Virus record (IMG/VR): IMGVR_UViG_3300037245_002365
Length of the DNA stretch: 64,000 nucleotides
Source: a virus
Lineage: Duplodnaviria > Heunggongvirae > Uroviricota > Caudoviricetes
Direction: 5' to 3' (one strand)
In this document: piece after piece, positions 26,777 through 35,351 of the stretch
Numbering within the stretch: position 1 is the stretch's first letter
How the letters are laid out: each line of letters starts with the position of its first letter
Position numbers and translations under genes: made by a program
The notes under the pieces: model-generated
What the model saw: the letters and a program-made list of their open reading frames with translations, nothing else
Told to the model about the DNA's origin: nothing
The model's database searches: none

Positions 26777-27226
26777 ATGTTAACAGGTCCAGAAAAAGGC
26801 AAATTAGATACACTACAAAAAGTTCTTAACCTTATAACCTCCTATAGTAAACCTATACTTGGAGAAGGTGAGCGTTTTGCAGTAATACATGCAGACACTA
26901 ACAGTAAAAGTTCTACAAAGAATTTAATAGGCATTTACACAACAGAAAGGGCGGCTATTTTTATAGCAAGTATATATAGGCGTTACGAGGGTTTATCAGA
27001 CCCGCCTATTATCAATAGAACTACCAACGAATGTTACCCTGTAACATCTGGTAACGTCGAATTGTTTGTAGACAAGTTAGAAAAAGAACTGAATATTTTA
27101 GTGGAGAAAAGTAAACAGGTGGAGGTTGAACACAAGTATGGCAAAGAGAATAATAGTGGTAGAGGGTCTTCCAGGAAGCGGAAGGACTACTCTAATAGCG
27201 GAGTACCTAGAACAACACGACGATGA
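26777..27226 (+). CDS. Hypothetical protein
   Basis: 149-aa ORF. Confidence 0.5.
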   Translation: MLTGPEKGKLDTLQKVLNLITSYSKPILGEGERFAVIHADTNSKSSTKNLIGIYTTERAAIFIASIYRRYEGLSDPPIINRTTNECYPVTSGNVELFVDKLEKELNILVEKSKQVEVEHKYGKENNSGRGSSRKRKDYSNSGVPRTTRR

Positions 27227-27545
27227 GTTTGGCGACGCAACTCACATAGACATTGATACATACTTGAAGTATAAATCAGTGACTAAGGAATCCATAGAGA
27301 AGGCACAAGAAAAGATGTTACGAGAATGTAACAGACATATTAAGGCTGAAACTGATTGGATAATTCTTGAAACGGTAGTAAATTGGTTGGATAAGAAAAT
27401 AGAGACAATTGCCAAAGAGAATGGGTATGCCTATTCAAAAGAAATATTGGTCTCCATCTCCACAACGACAGAAGCTATGGCCAAAAGGTCTCGCACAAAA
27501 ATCTCACCCAAAGAGATAGAAACTTTAAAGTCGATAAAGCTTTAA
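27138..27545 (+). CDS. Divergent P-loop kinase-like protein
   Basis: IIVVEGLPGSGRTT. Confidence 0.6.
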   Translation: MAKRIIVVEGLPGSGRTTLIAEYLEQHDDEFGDATHIDIDTYLKYKSVTKESIEKAQEKMLRECNRHIKAETDWIILETVVNWLDKKIETIAKENGYAYSKEILVSISTTTEAMAKRSRTKISPKEIETLKSIKL

Positions 27546-27572
27546 ATTCTATAATTTGGTATAAGAACATTA

Positions 27573-27810
27573 TCATTTCGGAGCACTGGGATTAGGTTCT
27601 TAAGCCCGATTTGGTATGATTATTATTTTAACTGAGCGATTTAAAAAGTCGTTACTGGCATCACCGCCGGTCCCAACTGAAGGCTACGCCTCACTTGGAA
27701 ACGACACCCTAATTACGCGTAATGACTACAAATGACATTTCGGGCTAGGGGGTCCTTAATCAGGAGTTGACAAGGTTTGCAAACTTTGTGGTGGGTTCGA
27801 TTCCCACAAA
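27573..27810 (+). ncRNA. Structured leader/ncRNA ending in a tRNA T-arm-like hairpin
   Basis: agcccga/tcgggct and gattagg/ccttaatc long-range stems; gtggg-ttcgatt-cccac; follows TGGTATAAGAA at 27557. Confidence 0.5.
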
Positions 27811-27859
27811 ATAATATTTCATCATCAGCTTTAAATTAAACGAAAAAAAGGAAAATAGA

Positions 27860-28618
27860 ATGGCAAAAGGCAAATTTCATGAGTTACTAGCGGTAGTCAA
27901 TGACCGGGTATCTCAATTCACAAAAATTTCGGAAGAGGCTAAGTCCACCTTCCAAAAGAAAGATGCGCACTTCGACGGACAAGTTCGTACGTATCAACCA
28001 TTATTCGAAGACGGTGTGAAATTACCACCAGAGAGCAGAAAAGTTGTTACAACTGTAGCACAAAAGCTCGGCTTCGTACGCAAGATCGCTGTAACAGCGA
28101 TTGACGCTGTAGTTAGTAAGGAAGAGACAAATTCCTCTGGCGCAGCAAACGCAGAATTGACAGTAAAAGGTCAATCACTAGGCAACTTCAGCGCGACCGC
28201 ACTATTGTCGCTCGAAAACAATTTTACGAAGATTCGTAACATGTACAATGCTATCCCAACGAGGGATGCAGACAAAGCCTGGGATGCAGACCCTGAGTCT
28301 GACGCAGACATTTACCGCACCGAAACAGTCGAGACCACGCGTGTCGAGAGAATTCGGAAACCAATTACATTGCATGCGGGCAATGAGCACCACGCACCAC
28401 AGGTACAACTGTCTGAGGAACCAACCGCTGTTGGTACTTGGAGTGTTTACCAGCTATCTGGCAAACTAACGTCAGGACAAAAAGCAGAGCTATTGTCCAA
28501 TATTGACGATGTCCTAGCGGCTATCAAGCGCGCTCGTGCCAGAGCAAATAGTGTAGAAGCCAAGCAAGTTAAGGTGGCAAACTCACTGTTTGATATTATT
28601 CACGGCGACGTGGTATAA
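27860..28618 (+). CDS. Conserved coiled-coil protein (DUF7873-like)
   Basis: F.GQ.RTYQP..EDG..LPPE..KV, A.DAV..KE.TN, H.PQV.L..E...VG.W....LSG...K.ELL; resemblance recalled, not searched. Confidence 0.55.
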   Translation: MAKGKFHELLAVVNDRVSQFTKISEEAKSTFQKKDAHFDGQVRTYQPLFEDGVKLPPESRKVVTTVAQKLGFVRKIAVTAIDAVVSKEETNSSGAANAELTVKGQSLGNFSATALLSLENNFTKIRNMYNAIPTRDADKAWDADPESDADIYRTETVETTRVERIRKPITLHAGNEHHAPQVQLSEEPTAVGTWSVYQLSGKLTSGQKAELLSNIDDVLAAIKRARARANSVEAKQVKVANSLFDIIHGDVV

Positions 28619-28694
28619 AAAGATTTATTAGAGAAGACTCAGTATTAAATTCAGTTTTAGTATTAAACGCCGCCCCTTAATGGGCTCGGCAATT

Positions 28695-28945
28695 TAGTCT
28701 TTCGCTCTATAGTCTTATAAGTCCTAGTTAGCATCTAGAAAAAGTAAACGGATTTTATCATACACTTTCGCGCGCGAGTTCGAACCTCGTCTCGGCCTCA
28801 AATTTAAACCCCGTTACCTCACAGTGCTTGCGAGCCCGAGGTAACGTATACTTATGGCCGGGTAGCTCAGTGGTAGAGCAGAAAGATTAGCCAGATATAA
28901 ATCGCGATTGAAAAACTAAGAGCAATAGGCGACAAATACAAAGAT
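28695..28945 (+). ncRNA. Circularly permuted tRNA-like domain at the tip of a long stem
   Basis: 3' half ctttc-gcgc-gcgag/ttcgaac/ctcgt-ctcggcc-t (28765..28798) precedes 5' half ggccggg-ta-gctc/agtggta/gagc-a-gaaag (28856..28885); all stems complementary. Confidence 0.7.
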
Positions 28946-29134
28946 AACGAGGGCAATGCCCTTTATCGATTACTTAATGTGAATCGGGCCCGGACAACAC
29001 AGGAATAGGTTGACGGGCCACTAAATATTATACCGGGGTGAGGTAAACTGACTTCGCCCCGGCTATAATTAAGTGGAATCGAAAGATAAAAAATTTTTAC
29101 TTGACATCTCCACTTAAGTAACATATATTTATAT

Positions 29135-29614
29135 ATGGATACTTTAATTGAAAAAAAATGTGAATTTTGTGAGAACACTTTTCTCGCAAAAGCTAAAGAG
29201 AGCACACGCGGTGGAGCACGCTTTTGTTCTAGATCTTGCTCTGGAAGCCATTCAAATAAAATAAGACCATATGTTGATCTTTTATGCAAAAAATGTGGAA
29301 AAAGTTTTTCCACAAAATGCAAACAAGCATTATATTGTTCTAAAGAATGTTCTTACAGAAAAAGCACTAGCTATAGATATAGAAACCACCTTAATGCAAA
29401 AATTAAAAAAATAATTAGCACAAGTATTTGTTTTAATTGTGGTTGGGATAAAACTACTTGTGATGTACACCATGTAATACCTCGTAAAAAAGGCGGTACT
29501 GATGAACTTCATAATTTAATAATTGTATGTCCTAATTGTCATAGATTAGCTGATAGGCATTTATTAAATTTAACAACAATTCCAACAGTTGCTAATAAAA
29601 CATTAAACACTTAG
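29135..29614 (+). CDS. HNH endonuclease with Zn-ribbon repeats, leaderless; stop overlaps first base of tmRNA
   Basis: CFNCGW..CDVHHVIPRKKGGTDE..NLIIVCPNCH; TTGACA(29101)-17-TATATT(29124), 5 nt to ATG. Confidence 0.9.
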   Translation: MDTLIEKKCEFCENTFLAKAKESTRGGARFCSRSCSGSHSNKIRPYVDLLCKKCGKSFSTKCKQALYCSKECSYRKSTSYRYRNHLNAKIKKIISTSICFNCGWDKTTCDVHHVIPRKKGGTDELHNLIIVCPNCHRLADRHLLNLTTIPTVANKTLNT

Positions 29615-30011
29615 GGCCTAAACTGGATTCGACGGATTGAGATGAAGATAAGTAAGCAAGCAGACATTGAGCAGATGTCTTAAAAAAGTTCAAAAAACAC
29701 AAATGCTAAAAAAGCAAATATAGTACCTTTCGAGTTACTAGCTTCTCAGAATTCTACAGGTGCCATGCCTGTCGCATTCGCTGCGTAAGTAGAGAAGTAA
29801 TCAAGCCCGCCACCGGGGGTTAATCCGGTATGGACAGTCTTGTACCTTCTCGCAAGTACAGGATTAAATTAGCGGGACTGCACAACGGATGCCCTCGGGC
29901 AAAATGATCACAGACTTGGCTGTTGTGCTAAGACGCCTCGGGTTTTGATCTAAGCTTGTAGAAAACGAATTGGATTTCTTTTCGGACGCGGCTTCGATGC
30001 CGCTAGGTCCA
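29614..30011 (+). ncRNA. ssrA: tmRNA
   Basis: gggccta/taggtcc acceptor with G3-U70, 5' ggattcgac, 3' ggacgcggcttcgatgccgc; tag frame 29705..29788 AKKANIVPFELLASQNSTGAMPVAFAA*. Confidence 0.92.
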
Positions 30012-30012
30012 C

Positions 30013-30048
30013 AAAAAAAGGTTATAGTAAACACTATAGCCTTTTTTT
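30013..30048 (+). terminator. Intrinsic (bidirectional-looking) terminator
   Basis: A-run, ggttatag/ctatagcc stem, T-run. Confidence 0.8.
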
Positions 30049-30224
30049 TATTTTAAAATAAACAAAACAAAGGATCATAAATTATGATGAATCATCAAGA
30101 AGAAACCATTGCAGCAGTAGCCGCAGGAATAACATTCACTATTTTAATGCCAAAACTTGTATTTGCTTTAATACTATCTGCAATAGTAGGTATAGTTTTT
30201 ATTAAAGTTTTAGAAGACTAAAGT

Positions 30225-31550
30225 ATGGAGCGCACAACCCTTAAGCAACCAGCAAGGGATGGTAAAATAAAAATAATGCACATCTGGACAGAAGAAAACG
30301 TTGTCTGGAGAGAGTGGGGTTATGAGGGCATGAAAATGCAAAAATCTCCAGCCGTCACTAAAGGCAGAAACATTGGGCGCTCCAATGAAACTACCCCTGT
30401 AGAACAGGCCGAATTAGAGGCTGCAAGAATAGTAGCCAACGAGTTAACCAGGGGTTATAGTCATGAAGGTACAGATAGGGAAGACACAGAAGACGCTTCA
30501 AATGCTAAACCAGAAGATATGATCTTTAGTTTAGATAGTTTGCCTCGTAGTCTTGCTCCAAGCAAACCTATAAATAAACCTCCCAAAGATTGGGAAGCTG
30601 GAAATGAAATATTTTGTGCTGAACGCAAAAATAACGGTGTAAACTTACTGTGTTTAACAACTCCCGACGGCGTTGTAAAAACATACAGCCGTGGCATGAA
30701 AGAGCTTACTAATATAGTAGTTAATATAACTCCTATTCAGGACTTTAATGCTATCGAATTTCCACATGGATCATTAAGTAGTTATGAATTTATATATTAC
30801 AACGCTGATGGCAAAGAGATGCCAAAAGATTTACGTGGCATATTAAATGAAAAGACTACACCAGAGAAAGCAACGGCACGCTATAACAAATTAATTGAAG
30901 CAGGCGGGTCATTTGCGATTAAGGTCTTCGATATATTAATTCTTAACGGCGATAGAACTATTGCTGGTAGAGAATATAACGATAGGCGACCACTTTTACA
31001 AGAATATATTTTTGATGCGCACCCTGAGTATGCATCCGATTATTACGATGTCCTTACAGAGGAAATCATCGCTGAAGCAAAAGCTGCTGGCTGGGAAGGT
31101 TTTGTATTAAGATATAAGACTGGCGATCTCAGTAAAGTTGAATATACATTAAATGGTAAGCCACGCAGATGTGGAGCATATAAATATGTCTTTACCTTCT
31201 TGGACGATTTTATCATCGACAAAACAACGGTCGGTGAAAAAGGTAGATTACTTGGTTTACCTTCAAAATTCCACCTAAGCCAATATGATCAAAACGAAGA
31301 TTTGGTTGATTGCGGATGGTGTGGACCAGGAAAGCTTACTACCAATGATCTCAAAGAGCTCGTTGAAACACTGGAATTAGAAGACCTCAATGACAAAATT
31401 GGGGACACTATAGATATAACACAAATGTCTGTCGCAATAGAACATAGGGGTAGACAAGAAGATACAAATAGTCTACAGTTTCCTGTGCTCACAGAATTGA
31501 GACCAGACAAACCAACTGAAGAGTGTATTTTAGAGAATGACACTAATTAA
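30225..31550 (+). CDS. ATP-dependent DNA ligase with N-terminal WGR-like region
   Basis: KGRNIGRSNETT..EQA, ERKNNG (motif I Lys), FDIL, EGFVLR, FPV..ELRPDK. Confidence 0.82.
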   Translation: MERTTLKQPARDGKIKIMHIWTEENVVWREWGYEGMKMQKSPAVTKGRNIGRSNETTPVEQAELEAARIVANELTRGYSHEGTDREDTEDASNAKPEDMIFSLDSLPRSLAPSKPINKPPKDWEAGNEIFCAERKNNGVNLLCLTTPDGVVKTYSRGMKELTNIVVNITPIQDFNAIEFPHGSLSSYEFIYYNADGKEMPKDLRGILNEKTTPEKATARYNKLIEAGGSFAIKVFDILILNGDRTIAGREYNDRRPLLQEYIFDAHPEYASDYYDVLTEEIIAEAKAAGWEGFVLRYKTGDLSKVEYTLNGKPRRCGAYKYVFTFLDDFIIDKTTVGEKGRLLGLPSKFHLSQYDQNEDLVDCGWCGPGKLTTNDLKELVETLELEDLNDKIGDTIDITQMSVAIEHRGRQEDTNSLQFPVLTELRPDKPTEECILENDTN

Positions 31551-32196
31551 CGATAGAGAAAAGAAAAAGAAGGATGCGTCAGAAATTGAAATTTTGGATC
31601 AACTAAATCCAGAGGAAGGTTTTAGAATCAGAGCAGTAAATGTAGACCTATTTGATTTACGTTTAAGAGAGATGGAGTTCGGGATAAACGTTGCTAAAAG
31701 AATAGTTTTTCTTGATGGTGGCATAGAACCCGCAACGTTGTTTCGATTAAAACAGCAATTAGATACTATTCTAGATACTTGCAATGAGGAAGACCCAATT
31801 TCAATATACATCAACACCTATGGTGGAGATGCACATGCGATGTTTGGGATTATAGACCTCATTAAAACTTATCCAGTAAAAATAAATACAACAGCCATGG
31901 GTGCTGCTATGTCAGCAGGCGCATGGATTTTAATGAGCGGAACTGGCATAAGAGCCATAACAAAAGGTTCTATAATAATGTTTCATGAAGTACAATCAAG
32001 TCATCATGGCCCCAGTACTAAAATTGAATCTACTGTAGAGCATTCACGCCTTTTACAGGATATGACAAGCGAACTTATATATGATAGAACTAATATAAGT
32101 AAAAAGGCTTGGATAGAGATGCTGAAAGATAAACAAGAAATATTTTTCAATGCAGACGAATGTCTCAAGTATGACATTGTAGACAAAATACTATAA
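31537..32196 (+). CDS. ClpP-like protease subunit
   Basis: IYINTYGG, G.AMSAGA, IMFHEV, F.ADECLKY.IVDKI. Confidence 0.85.
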   Translation: MTLINDREKKKKDASEIEILDQLNPEEGFRIRAVNVDLFDLRLREMEFGINVAKRIVFLDGGIEPATLFRLKQQLDTILDTCNEEDPISIYINTYGGDAHAMFGIIDLIKTYPVKINTTAMGAAMSAGAWILMSGTGIRAITKGSIIMFHEVQSSHHGPSTKIESTVEHSRLLQDMTSELIYDRTNISKKAWIEMLKDKQEIFFNADECLKYDIVDKIL

Positions 32197-32213
32197 ATTA
32201 GAAAGGTGTTGAT

Positions 32214-33071
32214 ATGAAAATATACACGCACCAGAATGTTGATATAGATTGTGCATCGGTGGTATGCTTAGCCCTTATCAATACTGGACAGAGCATAGCA
32301 CTGCCCGGTATGGATACGGCCCACCAAATAGTTTTTGTTCCAGCAGATTGGGAAAAGGATGATACCTTTGTAGAAGGTGATTTAATACTAGATCTGTTTG
32401 CAGGAGACAAGGGAGACTTTGTAGATACTGTTGACGGGATTGTAGTTAGAAGTGCTTTCTCAAAATATTTGAGAGAGCGTTGCTCAAAAGATTTCCTAGC
32501 TGCTTTTAGTAACCTAGCAGACTTTATAGATGCAGAAGATACTACAGGAGACTGGAGAACGGGTTATTATGGAATGGATGCTGTTGAGGAATCAAAGACT
32601 ATCCCTACAGTACATGATGCCTTCTTGAGTATAAAAGCTTTTTGTAGAGACCGCACACCAAACGGAGAAAGAAGTGATCTAACGATTATACAACACTGGT
32701 TTGGTTTTATCAGCGGTACGTTGGCTAGATACTATAAATGGAAACACGCAAAGAAAGTAGCTAACAAATGTCAAGTCCTAGAAGGACTTGTAGGAATACT
32801 AAAATCATCAAATTCAATGGTTAGCAGAGTCTTGTTTGATCAAGGCGCAGAGTTCGTTGTATACGAACATGGTTATAATATCGGAGTGCTTCGGCACCCC
32901 GAATCGAAAGTAAATATAGGCAAAGTATTGTCAGAGCAGTTTCCAGAGTGGTTTCACCATCCTGGAGGATTCTTATCCTGTTGGGGTTCATTGAAAGCGC
33001 CCAAATATACATCATATCCAGCAGATGCTGAATATGTAGCAGAACTGATGTTGAGTGCCACAAGTTTTTAA
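32214..33071 (+). CDS. Hypothetical protein, weak DHH/MYG1-like phosphoesterase resemblance
   Basis: YTH...D.D, D..DTTG, WFHHPGGFL. Confidence 0.35.
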   Translation: MKIYTHQNVDIDCASVVCLALINTGQSIALPGMDTAHQIVFVPADWEKDDTFVEGDLILDLFAGDKGDFVDTVDGIVVRSAFSKYLRERCSKDFLAAFSNLADFIDAEDTTGDWRTGYYGMDAVEESKTIPTVHDAFLSIKAFCRDRTPNGERSDLTIIQHWFGFISGTLARYYKWKHAKKVANKCQVLEGLVGILKSSNSMVSRVLFDQGAEFVVYEHGYNIGVLRHPESKVNIGKVLSEQFPEWFHHPGGFLSCWGSLKAPKYTSYPADAEYVAELMLSATSF

Positions 33072-33084
33072 AGAGTGAAAGTTA

Positions 33085-33984
33085 ATGCAAATAATTGAAG
33101 TAACTAAAACAAAGTCTAGAATAGATAACACTATAAAATATGTGTTTCTTATGAGAGATAAAATAGACCCATACGACCCAGATAAAGAGTTAGATAGAAT
33201 AGTAGAAGCAAGCTATATAGACAAAAATGATGGCAAAGACATTATATGTGTTTCTTGCCAAACTGGTTGTAACTTAGGTTGCTCTTTTTGCCACCTTACA
33301 GGTTCTGGTAAAGAGTCTTTAAACTTAAGCGTAGAGAATATTACTAGAACGGTTAATTATATATTTCAAGATCTTGATTTATCAATCAACTCTAATGATA
33401 AAACCCTTCTAGTATCATATATGGGTATTGGTGAACCACTACATTGCATAAAAAATGTAACTAGGTCAGCCTCTCAAATACTAGATACATATAAAGGACG
33501 GTATGGAATTGTTAGATTCGGTATGTCAACCTCCCTAACAACTCCAGCACTAATGTCTAAATTAATTAGTGCTGTTGGTGAACACGGCTTAAATATGAAG
33601 CTTCATTACTCCTTACATTCCGCTAATAGTAAAATGCGTAAAATGTTAATACCTTCACATTCGACGCCTACTCTAGATGGATTAAATGAGCTATCTAAAT
33701 ATAAACGTGTAACTGGTAATGATGTAGAAATACATTACACTATGATTAAGGGAAAGAATGATTGGCCATCTGATCTAGATTTACTAACAATATTGTTAGC
33801 AGGTCGTGATATGTCAATAAAGTTTCTAAGCTTTAATACTAAAGAAGGTTTAGACTATAAACCAGCAAAAGAAAAGACACGTAATAAATTTATGGCACAT
33901 TTAAACGACCGTGGAATTGAAACAGAATACTACGAAGCACCCGGCGCAGATGTCGGAGCAAGTTGTGGAATGTTTACGGTATGA
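33085..33984 (+). CDS. RlmN/Cfr-family radical SAM methyltransferase-like protein
   Basis: CVSCQTGCNLGCSFC, MGIGEPL, SLHS, C-terminal GADVGASCG. Confidence 0.82.
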   Translation: MQIIEVTKTKSRIDNTIKYVFLMRDKIDPYDPDKELDRIVEASYIDKNDGKDIICVSCQTGCNLGCSFCHLTGSGKESLNLSVENITRTVNYIFQDLDLSINSNDKTLLVSYMGIGEPLHCIKNVTRSASQILDTYKGRYGIVRFGMSTSLTTPALMSKLISAVGEHGLNMKLHYSLHSANSKMRKMLIPSHSTPTLDGLNELSKYKRVTGNDVEIHYTMIKGKNDWPSDLDLLTILLAGRDMSIKFLSFNTKEGLDYKPAKEKTRNKFMAHLNDRGIETEYYEAPGADVGASCGMFTV

Positions 33985-34157
33985 AATTTGTTTTAATATC
34001 AGTATCTTTGGTTATAATAAGCGCTTTACTGGCTGTTCTCTATCCAAACCCAATAACAGTATTAGGGATTTTAATACCTATACTTTTTTATTTCAGGTAT
34101 TAAAAGACAAGATTAACAACAAGGCGAAAGCCTAAAGAGAAAAATATAAAAATATAA

Positions 34158-34496
34158 ATGAATCAATATTATTTTGAGACCTCGTTTTTTGGCGAGGGTA
34201 ATACAGAAGAAGAAGCTTGGGCAAATGCCATAGCGCAGTTTAGTTTAGATCCTGGAACATCCTACGCAGTGTTTAATGCACATGATGGATGTACACACGG
34301 TCTTGAGTTAAACAAATTAGAAGAAAATAATGATAGTCTAAAATTAGTAGAGCCAAATGGAATATTTTGGAGATGTACAATTTGTGGAAAGACATTACAT
34401 CATGCAGAAATCGGTGGAACCTATTTGTTAGAAAATGATCCAAAAGTTTTCGACCAAGAAGGTAAAGAAATCACTGCTGCGATTTATCAAGTATAG
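34158..34496 (+). CDS. Hypothetical protein
   Basis: 112-aa ORF with CxxC. Confidence 0.55.
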   Translation: MNQYYFETSFFGEGNTEEEAWANAIAQFSLDPGTSYAVFNAHDGCTHGLELNKLEENNDSLKLVEPNGIFWRCTICGKTLHHAEIGGTYLLENDPKVFDQEGKEITAAIYQV

Positions 34497-34635
34497 TAAA
34501 ACAATGGCGAAAGTCGAAAGGAAACATAGAATGAGTAAAAAAAAGACAGAATCTGTTGCAGGCAGTATCTACATCAATTCCAACGGGACTAAAGTAGTTA
34601 TACCACCCTATAAAAGAAAACCAAGAGAAAAATAA

Positions 34636-35019
34636 ATGAGAAAACTAATATTAGCAACTGTGTTGTTTTTTTTGATTGGGTGTGGTAATCAGATTACACC
34701 TATAGATAACGCATATAGCCCAGCTCTTGCTGCTAAGGCAGATTCAATATCTAAAGCCTATGGCGTTAGAACATACAAACCAAATAAGGTTTATATTGTC
34801 TTAGGCGAATCATCCACATCTTATGCAAATTTATGGAAAGACGCTGATTTAACACCTCCACCAATAAAACGCGTTTATTCCGGTACAAAAGTTGAGATAC
34901 TTATGTATACTAAACATGATATGTATATGGTAAAGACATTTAGTGGTGAAAGGGGCTATATTCAGGGATTCTTTTTTGATGGACAAGATGATATAGACAG
35001 GAGTGATTGGTTTAAATGA
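34636..35019 (+). CDS. Lipoprotein with SH3-like C-terminus
   Basis: LIGC lipobox; GTKVEIL...Y.VK...GE.GYI. Confidence 0.6.
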   Translation: MRKLILATVLFFLIGCGNQITPIDNAYSPALAAKADSISKAYGVRTYKPNKVYIVLGESSTSYANLWKDADLTPPPIKRVYSGTKVEILMYTKHDMYMVKTFSGERGYIQGFFFDGQDDIDRSDWFK

Positions 35020-35231
35020 AAAAATTATTAATACTTCTACTATTATTTAGTAGTTTAACATTTACTACATACTCGTGTGAGAGCAGTGTCACGGGACCTA
35101 GTTATGGCGGACAATCTACAACGAGCACATCAGATTCAAACTGCGTTTGGGTAAATGGGTATACTCGTTCTAATGGTACTTATGTTAGTGGACATTGGCG
35201 AAGCAAACCTGGAAAAACCTGCAATAAATAA
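35016..35231 (+). CDS. Small exported protein (V.GY.R.NGTYV.GH.RS motif)
   Basis: Signal peptide plus WVNGYTRSNGTYVSGHWRS. Confidence 0.65.
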   Translation: MKKLLILLLLFSSLTFTTYSCESSVTGPSYGGQSTTSTSDSNCVWVNGYTRSNGTYVSGHWRSKPGKTCNK

Positions 35232-35351
35232 ACAATGGAGAAAGCCTAAAGGAAATTAAATGAAAAAAATATTAATTTTATTGTTTTTATTATCTCCATT
35301 GCTTTCGCAAACATCTTTAGATAAAAAAATAGATGGTATGGCGAAGATAGT

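Noticed and set aside
27765-27810. Standard tRNA-Ala/Cys gene
   Set aside because: The anticodon-like loop is 6 or 8 nt, and there is no D-arm, convincing acceptor stem or CNA trailer.
28856-29065. Ordinary (non-permuted) tRNA with a long intron using cccggct at 29058 as 3' acceptor strand
   Set aside because: No T-arm precedes 29058, and that segment is locked in its own 11-bp hairpin; the upstream half at 28765..28798 completes every stem instead.
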